Positions 8,127 through 17,214 of a stretch of DNA of 44,407 nt are shown piece by piece. Numbering within the stretch: the first letter of the stretch is position 1; each line of letters opens with the position of its first letter. The stretch is taken from the sequence record DRR378314_201. One strand, 5' to 3'. Under the pieces are notes generated by a model. That model ran no database searches. It was given only the letters and a program-made list of their open reading frames with translations, and had not been told where the DNA came from. The position numbers and the translations under genes were made by a program.

Positions 8127-8177
8127 GAAAAGACAAGGGAGTGCATTGATATTTCACATATTAATTGCAGCACTCCC
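8127..8177 (-). terminator. intergenic hairpin, possible leaky terminator between metY and the fusion gene
   Basis: GGGAGTGC (8137-8144)/GCACTCCC (8170-8177) stem with further AT pairing inside; followed on the minus strand by TTGTCTTTTC. Confidence 0.45.
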
Positions 8178-8219
8178 GTATCAATTTGATAATGACTTTA
8201 TAAGGAAATAAAATAATTT

Positions 8220-9512
8220 TTATGCTAAAACAGATTTATCAATGACTGAAAATGCCTGCACCAAATCCGCTTTTATATCTTCAATATCCTCCAACCCCAC
8301 ACATAAACGTATTAGATCTTTGGTTACTCCTGTAGCTTGTTGGGCTTCATCATCCAACTGTTGGTGCGTTGTACTGGCAGGGTGAATAATTAAGGACTTG
8401 GTATCCCCAATATTTGCCAATAGGGAAAATAGCTTGGTTTCATCTACCACCTTTTTGGCCGAATCGTATCCACCCTTAACTCCGAAGGTCACTATTCCAC
8501 TTTGTCCTTTTGGAAGGTATTTTTTGGCCAAGGAATAATACGGACTGGTTGAAAGGCCTGGATAGTTTACCCATGCCACTTCTTTTCTATCCTGTAACCA
8601 TTTAGCCAATTCCAAAGCATTTTCACTGTGTTTCTTGATACGAAGTTCCAAGGTTTCCAAACCTTGAATAATTTGAAAGGCATTAAATGGGCTCAAGGCA
8701 GCACCAAGATCCCTTAAACCTTCAATTCTTACTTTTGCAATAAAGGCTGCAGCACCCAAGACATCGTGATAAACCAAACCGTGGTATCCTGGGGATGGCT
8801 CCGTAAACTCAGGGAATTTACCACTGCTCCAATCGAAAGTACCTGCATCTACAATGACACCCCCCATAGAAGTTCCATTACCATTGATATATTTTGTAAG
8901 TGAATGTATTACAATATTTGCCCCGTGTTCAATTGGCTTTATCAAAGCACTTGTAGCTACCGTGTTATCCACAATAAATGGTATTTTGGCTTTTTTGGCC
9001 ACTTCTGATATTGCCTTCAAATCCAGCACGTCCAATTTTGGATTCCCAAGGGATTCCACAAAAATAGCTCTTGTATTTTCCTGAATGGCATTGGCAAAGT
9101 TCTCCTCGTCCCCTGGCTCAACAAAGGTGGTTGTGATACCCAATCTAGGTAAAGTCACCGCCAAAAGATTATAGGTACCTCCATAAAGACTGCTGGAAGC
9201 CACAATATGATCCCCGGTTTTAAGCAAAACCAATAGAGCGGTAGAAATAGCTGCCGTACCAGATGCCGTTACCACACTGGCCAGTCCACCTTCCAAAGCC
9301 GCCAAACGCTGCTCTAAAATGTCATTGGTAGGGTTGTTTAGCCTGGTGTAAATAAAGCCAGGTTCCGATAAGTTAAAAAGATTGGCCGCATGGTCCGTAT
9401 TATTAAACACATAGGCGGTATTCTGATAAATAGGCACTGCCCTGGTGCCAGCTGTTAATTTTGTGTCATGTCCTGCATGCAAAGCGTTTGTTGAAAATTT
9501 TTGAGTACTCAT
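8220..9512 (-). CDS. metY: O-acetylhomoserine aminocarboxypropyltransferase (sulfhydrylase)
   Basis: AVPIYQ, IYTRLNNPT, HSLTKY, F(T)EPSPGYHGL insertion, LANIGDTKSLIIHPASTTHQQL. Confidence 0.92.
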   Translation of the reverse strand: MSTQKFSTNALHAGHDTKLTAGTRAVPIYQNTAYVFNNTDHAANLFNLSEPGFIYTRLNNPTNDILEQRLAALEGGLASVVTASGTAAISTALLVLLKTGDHIVASSSLYGGTYNLLAVTLPRLGITTTFVEPGDEENFANAIQENTRAIFVESLGNPKLDVLDLKAISEVAKKAKIPFIVDNTVATSALIKPIEHGANIVIHSLTKYINGNGTSMGGVIVDAGTFDWSSGKFPEFTEPSPGYHGLVYHDVLGAAAFIAKVRIEGLRDLGAALSPFNAFQIIQGLETLELRIKKHSENALELAKWLQDRKEVAWVNYPGLSTSPYYSLAKKYLPKGQSGIVTFGVKGGYDSAKKVVDETKLFSLLANIGDTKSLIIHPASTTHQQLDDEAQQATGVTKDLIRLCVGLEDIEDIKADLVQAFSVIDKSVLA

Positions 9513-9635
9513 GATTTCTTGTTTTTTATATTATTAAAATAGATAAAATAAAAAGCCAAAACAAATAATGCGGACAATGCAATATTATAAAATCAAAAAG
9601 TTAAAAAGAAAATCCGTTACAGAAGTAACCGTTAG

Positions 9636-9776
9636 TGTTATCTGCCATGGATACTGTAAAACAAGCCATAATAATTTGGCCCAGTATTTAGGTAGAATTT
9701 AGCACCTTCTTTAATAAATGATCAAAGGGTTGCTAAGGCTTCAAAGGGTCTATTCCCTCCACCTTTCTTGATAACA
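9636..9776 (-). promoter_or_regulatory. SAM-I (S-box) riboswitch upstream of metY
   Basis: Minus strand TGTTATCAAGAAAGGTGGAGGGAATAGACCC..GAAGCCTTAGCAACC..GGTGCTAAATTC..GATAACA; 7-bp P1 and the conserved S-box core. Confidence 0.92.
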
Positions 9777-9805
9777 ATTCAATAAGTGTTTGAACTTTAG
9801 GTTTG

Positions 9806-9813
9806 CAAATATA
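9806..9813 (-). promoter_or_regulatory. -7 promoter box of the metY operon
   Basis: TATATTTG on the minus strand, about 30 nt upstream of the SAM-I aptamer. Confidence 0.6.
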
Positions 9814-9852
9814 GGTATGGAAAATTCTTTTTTCCTAATCTTTTCAATAAAA

Positions 9853-11109
9853 TTATAAATCGAAAGCTTCTTTCACCAAATCCACAGCATCCAATTTCTC
9901 CCAGGTAAATAATTCCACTTCCTTTTCTACACGTCCGTTGTAAGGCGATTCAAACACCTTGATCATTTTTTTAGGGTCTTTGCCCATATGACCGTAGGCG
10001 GCTGTTTCCAAATAAATGGGATTTCTTAATTTTAGCCTTTCTTCTATGGAAAAAGGACGCATATCGAACAATTGGGCAACTTTCTTGGCAATCTCGCCAT
10101 CACTCAAAGCTACTTTAGCGGAACCATAGGTATCCACAAAAATAGAAGTGGGCTCCACAACCCCAATAGCGTAACTAACCTGAACCAAAATTTCATCGGC
10201 AACCCCTGCAGCAACAAGATTTTTGGCTGCATGCCTAGCGGCATATGCGGCACTGCGATCTACCTTACTGGGATCTTTTCCACTAAACGCACCCCCACCA
10301 TGGGCTCCCTTGCCTCCATAAGTATCCACAATAATCTTTCTTCCAGTTAGACCGGTATCACCGTGGGGACCTCCAATTACAAATTTCCCCGTAGGATTAA
10401 TATGGTACTTTATAGTATCGTTAAAAAGCTTTTGTATTGCCGCTGGCAATTGCTCCTTTACCCTTGGAATAAGAATGGAAATAATATCCTTCTTAATTTT
10501 GGCCAACATTACATCATCATCCTTATCAAACTCGTCATGTTGGGTAGATACAACAATAGTATCTATACGTTGCGGAACATTATCATCGGAATATTCGATG
10601 GTCACTTGTGCCTTGGCATCTGGCCTTAGATAAGAAATTGCATCTCCTACCCTTCTCAAATCTGCCAAAACCTGCAATATTTTATGGGAAATATCCAGGG
10701 CCAGGGGCATATAGTTTTCCGTTTCCTTAGTAGCATAGCCGAACATCATACCTTGATCTCCAGCCCCCTGATCTTCTTTTGCTCCACGATCCACTCCTTG
10801 GTTGATCTCTTTGGACTGCTCGTGTATCAAGGAAATAACACCACAGGAATCTCCGCTAAACTTATAATCACCATTGGTGTAGCCAATTTTATTGATAACA
10901 TCCCTCGCAATTTGCTGAACATCAAGATAGGTGTGGCTTTTAACCTCCCCGGCCAATACCACCTGACCAGTAGTGACCAAAGTTTCGCAAGCCACCTTAC
11001 TTTCCGAGTCAAAAGCCAAAAAATGATCCAATAACGCATCACTAATTTGATCCGCTATTTTATCTGGATGCCCTTCACTAACCGATTCCGAAGTAAATAA
11101 ATATGCCAT
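9853..11109 (-). CDS. metK: S-adenosylmethionine synthetase
   Basis: [33 protein letters not shown] and [16 protein letters not shown]. Confidence 0.98.
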   Translation of the reverse strand: MAYLFTSESVSEGHPDKIADQISDALLDHFLAFDSESKVACETLVTTGQVVLAGEVKSHTYLDVQQIARDVINKIGYTNGDYKFSGDSCGVISLIHEQSKEINQGVDRGAKEDQGAGDQGMMFGYATKETENYMPLALDISHKILQVLADLRRVGDAISYLRPDAKAQVTIEYSDDNVPQRIDTIVVSTQHDEFDKDDDVMLAKIKKDIISILIPRVKEQLPAAIQKLFNDTIKYHINPTGKFVIGGPHGDTGLTGRKIIVDTYGGKGAHGGGAFSGKDPSKVDRSAAYAARHAAKNLVAAGVADEILVQVSYAIGVVEPTSIFVDTYGSAKVALSDGEIAKKVAQLFDMRPFSIEERLKLRNPIYLETAAYGHMGKDPKKMIKVFESPYNGRVEKEVELFTWEKLDAVDLVKEAFDL

Positions 11110-11201
11110 AAATCCTTTCTAAATAAAAATTAATAGGGATTTGACGAAGCACACTAGAGAAGAGTGGATGTTACAGCTCCAATGGAACAGAACAACTTAA
11201 A

Positions 11202-11270
11202 CTGCTTTAGCATTTAGTTATGCCGAAACTAATTCAGCACATGAGGTTGCAATCAGTCAAATCCTTCCTC
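11202..11270 (-). promoter_or_regulatory. SAM-II-like (long-loop) riboswitch upstream of metK
   Basis: Minus strand GAGG-AAGGATTTGA-CTG-ATTGCAA-CCTC-[hairpin TGTGCTGAA..TTCGGCATA]-AAATGCTAAAG-CAG follows the SAM-II pseudoknot order (GAUUU loop, UUGCA, GCUAAA). Confidence 0.75.
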
Positions 11271-11286
11271 GATATTTTTTCGCGTA

Positions 11287-11294
11287 CAAAAGTA
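11287..11294 (-). promoter_or_regulatory. -7 promoter box of metK
   Basis: TACTTTTG on the minus strand just upstream of the aptamer. Confidence 0.6.
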
Positions 11295-11354
11295 CAAGAA
11301 TTCTTGACGTAACTAAAAATGTTTAACAACAATTTTAAAATTGACCCTAAAAAC

Positions 11355-14042
11355 CTATAAATCGTATTTTACGGTAAACAGGATATACCGGGGTTGAATG
11401 AAATAAGAGGAGGTCGTAAAAAATAATTCGTTGGTGCTATCCCTATTCAAAGTATCCGTTCCGAGTAGGTTGGTACCCTTTATTCCAAATTCCCAATGAC
11501 TATCCCTTTTCTGATAACTGAGGTTACCTTCCAAAAAACTATAAGTATTGTCTATGGTATTTTCTTTGTCCATATACTTATAGTAATCGTAGTCCAAGGT
11601 AAAAATGAAACTTTTTAGAAAGTTGGCGTCAAATTTGGCATAGGGTTGGTTGGTATAAAAGGTAGTATTCCTACCCCCATTATCGTAGTTATTTACGGTA
11701 TATCTATAACCCACCTCCAAATTAGGGGCATTCCTAAAATTAGTGGCCAAAGAGGAATTATAGTTTTGTGTAAAGGATTCCGATCTCCTTGGCTGAAGGT
11801 CAATAATATTATTGGTAGCAGACCATGAAACATTTGCTCCTACAGAGGCCTTTATTTTTCCAAATGTCCGTTGATACCTACCGTTGCCACTTAAGGATTC
11901 GTCTTCCAAATTGGAGTTTATAGTAGTACCAATCCTGTTTATTCCAATAATTTCAGAAGCACTTTTAAGTGCGTCTATTCGTTTCGTATAGGTAATATTC
12001 CCAAAAATATTGGTGAAATTGAACATATTAAAACTGAAGAAGTTCAATGATAGGTTGTGGTTCAAAGCACTCTCCAAGTCCCTGTTTCCGGAATAAACGG
12101 AGTTGTAGTTATTGAGCACGTAGGCCTCCGCAAAGCTATTGACATCTGTAAAAGATCTTGATACCCTATAATTAAATCGAATGTTTTCGGATTTTTTAAG
12201 TTGAACATTTATGTACAAATCCGGCAGCAAAGCGGTTAAATTATCCTCAACAGTAGTTCCCAGCTGTTCGTTTTTAGTACCGTATTGATGCAAGGTAACA
12301 CCAGGATTAAAGGTGAATATCCCGGCTATTACCTTATAATGAAAACCTAAATACAAATCCGAAACATTATAGGTTACATCGTTGTTGAAGGCGCTGTCGG
12401 TAAAAGTCAATGGGGCCCCACCATCCAATATTTGAAAAATGCCGGAATTAAAATTCTGATGGCTCTGTGTAGTACCCAGTGTAAAATTTAAATTACTCTT
12501 TTGGCCCGTTACCCAATAATAATCCAGCTTCGCGTCCACTTTATTGGTTATGGTATTATTGCCCTGATTAAGGTTATAGATACTCTGATCTTCATCTACC
12601 GGGAAAATATCGGTAAAGGCAAAATTATCCCTGATAGCATTGTAAAATGGATCTTCATCCTGATAAATATGTTGGGCTTCAAAGGCAAAAATATTTTTTG
12701 AATTTAAAGTAGTATAATAAATATTGGCATTTTGATTCACGGAAATAGGCTTTTGCCTCTTAGTTTCCGTAATTTCATCAGTAATCGTGGAAATTGATAT
12801 AACATTCTCAATTTCATCATCGTCAGATTGCTTCAAAAGTATGTCGTAATCAAATTGGAACCTGTCATTAGGTTTATACTTAGAACTAAATTTTGCCAAT
12901 CCCAAATGAGCGGTTTGATCTGTGGACGTGGTAGCATCCTCCGTTTCGTTGGAGGAAATATAAACCCTTCTCGTTTGGTCTTCCATTAAGGTCCCAGTAT
13001 AGGAATAAATACCAAATCCGCTCAAATCCCAATTTTCTTTGGGAGAATAACTAAAATTCACGGCAGCAAACTTGGTATCTATATTTTTTGCCCTATTGTT
13101 CTGAAGGCTGGAAAGTCCCAAGCCATCCCCTCCTATATCTATGGAGCTTCCACTTGAGCTGCCCAGATTTCTAAATCCTCCGGTAAAACTCTGGTAATCC
13201 CTTCTATTAAAGGGTGCTTCCCCAATATTATTGAGATCGGTAATAATATTAATACTATAATCAGGGCTATAAAAAAAGAGTTTTGGATGTGCCAGATAAC
13301 TATCATTAGTACCATAACCCGCCGTTATTTCCCCAAACCAAAATCTCTTTTTACCCTGCTTCAACTTAATATTGAGCGCTACATTATCAGTATCATTGGT
13401 CAGGCCCTGCATTTGGGTTACTTCGTTAAAATTTCTCAACACCTCTATCTTGTCCAATGCATTCGCTGGAATATTATCTGCCGCCAACTTTGAGTCCCCG
13501 TCGAAAAAATCCTTCCCCTCTACCATTACCTTGGTCACTTTTTTTCCTTCCACCTCTATTTGCCCATCATCATTTATTTCTACACCGGGCAAATTGGCCA
13601 GCACATCCTTAAGTTTCTTTTCCGTACCTGTAACAAAGGAATCCGTATCATAGACTATGGTATCACCTTTCACCGAAATAGGCATCTCATAGGTAACTTC
13701 AACCTCGTCCAATTGATTGGTTTGTTCGTAAAGAACAATGTCCTTATTTACATCGGCTGCAGGTGCCGTAAAAGAGAATTCTTCCGTTTTAAAACCCAAA
13801 TAGCTTACACGGACGTTAAAATTTGACCCCGCTTTTAAATTTAGTTTATAGAGTCCACTATGGTTAGTAATACCGTAAGATTCCAAGGCCTTGGTTTCTG
13901 TATTTATGGCAATAACATTTGCCATATCTACCCCCACTCCGGTGGAATCCTTAACAATTCCCGTAAGGGTAATTTCTTGACCCAAAGCTGCAGAAAAAGC
14001 AAAAACAGCTACTAGTACAGAATAAAAACATTTATTGTACAT
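11355..14042 (-). CDS. outer-membrane beta-barrel protein with N-terminal carboxypeptidase-regulatory-like domain (TonB-dependent-receptor-like)
   Basis: Signal peptide, ITLTGIVKDS..VSYLGFK domain, GDTIVY..LPGVEI..DFF plug-like region, alternating beta-strands and C-terminal QPRYILFTVKYDL. Confidence 0.8.
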   Translation of the reverse strand: MYNKCFYSVLVAVFAFSAALGQEITLTGIVKDSTGVGVDMANVIAINTETKALESYGITNHSGLYKLNLKAGSNFNVRVSYLGFKTEEFSFTAPAADVNKDIVLYEQTNQLDEVEVTYEMPISVKGDTIVYDTDSFVTGTEKKLKDVLANLPGVEINDDGQIEVEGKKVTKVMVEGKDFFDGDSKLAADNIPANALDKIEVLRNFNEVTQMQGLTNDTDNVALNIKLKQGKKRFWFGEITAGYGTNDSYLAHPKLFFYSPDYSINIITDLNNIGEAPFNRRDYQSFTGGFRNLGSSSGSSIDIGGDGLGLSSLQNNRAKNIDTKFAAVNFSYSPKENWDLSGFGIYSYTGTLMEDQTRRVYISSNETEDATTSTDQTAHLGLAKFSSKYKPNDRFQFDYDILLKQSDDDEIENVISISTITDEITETKRQKPISVNQNANIYYTTLNSKNIFAFEAQHIYQDEDPFYNAIRDNFAFTDIFPVDEDQSIYNLNQGNNTITNKVDAKLDYYWVTGQKSNLNFTLGTTQSHQNFNSGIFQILDGGAPLTFTDSAFNNDVTYNVSDLYLGFHYKVIAGIFTFNPGVTLHQYGTKNEQLGTTVEDNLTALLPDLYINVQLKKSENIRFNYRVSRSFTDVNSFAEAYVLNNYNSVYSGNRDLESALNHNLSLNFFSFNMFNFTNIFGNITYTKRIDALKSASEIIGINRIGTTINSNLEDESLSGNGRYQRTFGKIKASVGANVSWSATNNIIDLQPRRSESFTQNYNSSLATNFRNAPNLEVGYRYTVNNYDNGGRNTTFYTNQPYAKFDANFLKSFIFTLDYDYYKYMDKENTIDNTYSFLEGNLSYQKRDSHWEFGIKGTNLLGTDTLNRDSTNELFFTTSSYFIQPRYILFTVKYDL

Positions 14043-14094
14043 CTATAAAAAATTTAAAATATCTAATGGTTGATAATAAAAAAAAAGGACAGAA

Positions 14095-14943
14095 TTAAGG
14101 CCTGCCACCGCCTCCACCTCTATTTCCTCCACCTCCGCCACCACGACGGAAATTCTCCCTCATTTCGGCCATCTTGTCCTTGGATATTTTATCATATTCC
14201 TCCTGGGTAACGGTCTTACCTTTACTTGGAGCCTTTATCTCCTTCTTCTCTGTTGGGTTGAGCACTAATTTTGTACATAGTATAACCGTAACATCATCCT
14301 TGACCTCCAAAATTAGGCCTGGTAGTCCCCAATATTCTCCTGGACCTTGATTTACAGGAACATTCGGGGCATACCAAGCGGTTATCTCAATTTCCTTTTC
14401 TGTAAATTCCTCCTCCTTATTTTCATCGTTGTCCCCTCCCCTACGAAAAATAGCCCTCATATTGGGCCTCTTAATGGTTCTGGTTGCTGTAGCCTTAAAG
14501 GCAGTATAATTACCGATCTGTTTTGTTTCTCCACCGAGTTTCCATTCCAAGATTGGCAATTTATCATCCACCAAAAAAATCTTTCCAAAAAGTTCATTTT
14601 TAACCAAATATCTACCATCCCTCACATCTTTATAATAATCACCTCCGGCTCCGCTCATCATTCCAAATCGCCCACCACCCCTTTGGTTGCCAGGCTGCTC
14701 CAACCTTTCCTCCTCCTTATAAATAGATGTGGATTTGTCAAAGGTTAAAATATAGGTCCGCTCATTGGCTTCCTTCATCCTTTGAATTATTTCCTTCTTT
14801 CTATCCTCCGGTATTTGTCTTCCGCCAAAATCCATATTAACAGTAGTCTTACTAAAATAGGTAGCCTCTCCCTGAAAATCCTGGGCATAAATTCCGAAAT
14901 GGGATGCAAACAGCATCAAAAAAAAGAAATAGAAATTTTTCAT
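14095..14943 (-). CDS. GLPGLI family secreted protein
   Basis: Signal peptide, AWYAPNVPVNQGPGEYWGLPGLILEV motif and a Gly/Arg-rich tail. Confidence 0.92.
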   Translation of the reverse strand: MKNFYFFFLMLFASHFGIYAQDFQGEATYFSKTTVNMDFGGRQIPEDRKKEIIQRMKEANERTYILTFDKSTSIYKEEERLEQPGNQRGGGRFGMMSGAGGDYYKDVRDGRYLVKNELFGKIFLVDDKLPILEWKLGGETKQIGNYTAFKATATRTIKRPNMRAIFRRGGDNDENKEEEFTEKEIEITAWYAPNVPVNQGPGEYWGLPGLILEVKDDVTVILCTKLVLNPTEKKEIKAPSKGKTVTQEEYDKISKDKMAEMRENFRRGGGGGGNRGGGGGRP

Positions 14944-15140
14944 TATTTTACATTTTATATCAAGCTTAAGACTACAACAATTTGATTTGGTTTAATCCAA
15001 AATCAATAAAAAATACAAATATCCTGTCCTGTAAATTTTTTATCGGATTATCATCCAAAGATTTTAACATGCACCCGATATCTTGTATATTGTACCTCTT
15101 TATTACGAGTGCAAAAAACACTAACCATAATTACAAACCT

Positions 15141-15755
15141 ATGCATATCGCCGTTGCAGGAAATATTGGGGCTGGCAAAACAACCTTGACAAGATTACTA
15201 TCCAAACACTACCAATGGGAGGCCCAATTTGAAGATGTGGTTGACAATCCCTATTTGGACGACTTTTACAATCAAATGGAAAGATGGAGCTTTAATCTCC
15301 AGATATACTTTTTAAATAATAGGTACAGACAAATTTTACAGATAAGGAAGGGCGGCAAAGACACTATTCAAGACCGTACCATCTACGAGGATGCCCATAT
15401 TTTTGCCCCCAACCTCCATGCCATGGGTTTAATGACCAATAGGGATTTTAGCAATTACACCAGTCTATTCGAATTAATGGAAACGTTGGTACAACCTCCA
15501 GATCTATTAATTTATTTAAGAAGTTCCATCCCAAACTTGGTGAATCAAATCCACAAGCGAGGACGCGAATATGAAAACAGCATTTCTATCGACTATCTAA
15601 GCCGATTGAACGAACGTTATGAAGCATGGGCGCAAAGCTATGAAAAGGGCAACCTCTTGGTCATTGATGTAGACAAATTAAATTTTGTGGACGAACCGGA
15701 AGATTTGGGCTTGGTCATCAATAAAATTGATGCCGAGATCAATGGCCTTTTTTAA
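15141..15755 (+). CDS. deoxynucleoside kinase
   Basis: GNIGAGKTT P-loop, DRTIYED, PDLLIYL and KRGREYE lid; start set at ATG 15141. Confidence 0.92.
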   Translation: MHIAVAGNIGAGKTTLTRLLSKHYQWEAQFEDVVDNPYLDDFYNQMERWSFNLQIYFLNNRYRQILQIRKGGKDTIQDRTIYEDAHIFAPNLHAMGLMTNRDFSNYTSLFELMETLVQPPDLLIYLRSSIPNLVNQIHKRGREYENSISIDYLSRLNERYEAWAQSYEKGNLLVIDVDKLNFVDEPEDLGLVINKIDAEINGLF

Positions 15756-15862
15756 ACCACGAACCTAAGAAACCTTATAGGCAATAGAAAAATTACACCT
15801 GCAATAGTTCTTATCTTATTTCATCCAAAGGCCTTTGATCACAATTTTTTAAACCCACTTGA

Positions 15863-17128
15863 TCATAAATGCCAGGATGCAGGCCATAGCCATATTAAAA
15901 ATATGCCTACAATTATAGCTATTCCAAAGGAAAGCGCAATCCATTTCGCCAACTGTTTTGTCCCCAAAATTCCTGCCATAACACCCTTAAAAACCAAATT
16001 TGACAAGCTGGCCAATAGAATAAGTTTCCAACCCGTAGACACGTTTAAGGCATCGATTTTAATTAGCTGTGACAAAGATAGGGTTATGGCATCCACGTCT
16101 GTTAGTCCGCTTATTATAGCCACAATATATAGGGCGTTATCTCCAAACTCCTCATTGGCAAATGCTACCGCCAACAATATGGCCCCGTAAAGCAACCCAA
16201 ATACCAACGCACTTTTAAATTCGGCAGGGTTTTCCGGTTCAGGCATTGTATCATCCTTGGAATCCTTGTTTATACTATAGAACATACCCAGACAAATAAG
16301 TGCCATGACTACAAATTCTACCATTAATGGCAGTAGAATTACAGGTAATTTTTCTGGTATTACCACCCCTATCTCTACCATTACCCTGGCCAGGGATATG
16401 GCAGAAGCAACGGTGATCACAAAGGCCGCCATTTTGCTTATAGATGCCGTATCTACAGTTTTACGCGCATAACTAACGGTGGTTGCCGTACTACTGATCA
16501 ATCCCCCCAAAACACCATTGGAAATAATCCCCAACTTTTTCCCGACAAACTTATAAATAAAATATCCCAAGACACTCAGCCCTACTATAAGCGTAATCAT
16601 TAACCAAATGTTTTGAGGATTAAGCACGTTGTAAGGCCCATAGGTTTTATTGGGCAGAATGGGAAGCACTACCAAGGAAATTCCTGCAAAGGTCATAATA
16701 GCGGAAAGATCCTTTTCCTGTAGTCTATTTATAAAACCATGAAGCCTTTCCTTCACATAAAGAAGTACAGACATGGAGACCCCAATTACAATGCCCAACA
16801 CCCTATCCCCCATTACCAAATAAGCACCAATAGCAAACATCAATAAGGCGGCCACCTCCGTTGTCTGCCCAACATCCGGATTAGTAAATACCTTTATCTT
16901 TATAAAATTGGCGGCTACTAGAAGGGAGGTTAGGGCAACACCGAGAACAGGCAAAATAAAAGGGTTTTGATAGTCCCTACTTAAAAACCCCGCCAAAACT
17001 CCTAAAATTGCAATCAGGGTAAAGGTCCTTACCCCCGCCAACTCACTATTTGCCTTTTCCCGCTGAAGACCAACCAAAAGGCCCAATCCGAAAGCAATGC
17101 CGAGTGTAGTTAAATCGTGATAATCCAT
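15863..17128 (-). CDS. MgtC/SapB family membrane protein with DUF4010 domain
   Basis: GLLVGLQRE, AGVRTF, GQTTE, GGLISSTATT and SGLTDVDAI; many transmembrane segments. Confidence 0.85.
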   Translation of the reverse strand: MDYHDLTTLGIAFGLGLLVGLQREKANSELAGVRTFTLIAILGVLAGFLSRDYQNPFILPVLGVALTSLLVAANFIKIKVFTNPDVGQTTEVAALLMFAIGAYLVMGDRVLGIVIGVSMSVLLYVKERLHGFINRLQEKDLSAIMTFAGISLVVLPILPNKTYGPYNVLNPQNIWLMITLIVGLSVLGYFIYKFVGKKLGIISNGVLGGLISSTATTVSYARKTVDTASISKMAAFVITVASAISLARVMVEIGVVIPEKLPVILLPLMVEFVVMALICLGMFYSINKDSKDDTMPEPENPAEFKSALVFGLLYGAILLAVAFANEEFGDNALYIVAIISGLTDVDAITLSLSQLIKIDALNVSTGWKLILLASLSNLVFKGVMAGILGTKQLAKWIALSFGIAIIVGIFLIWLWPASWHL

Positions 17129-17157
17129 TTGCCGTTAAGTATTAACAACTTAAAATG

Positions 17158-17185
17158 TAAAAACCCCGTTTAAACGGGGTTTTTA
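17158..17185. terminator. intrinsic terminator downstream of hppA
   Basis: Perfect palindrome TAAAAACCCCGTTTAAACGGGGTTTTTA with A/T tracts, 30 nt past the stop codon. Confidence 0.8.
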
Positions 17186-17214
17186 ATATAGCGCCAAAAT
17201 ATAAGTTTTGCAAC

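Noticed and set aside
17158-17185. Perfect 28-bp palindrome as an operator or mobile repeat
   Set aside because: A GC stem with A/T tracts just after a stop codon is fully explained as an intrinsic terminator.
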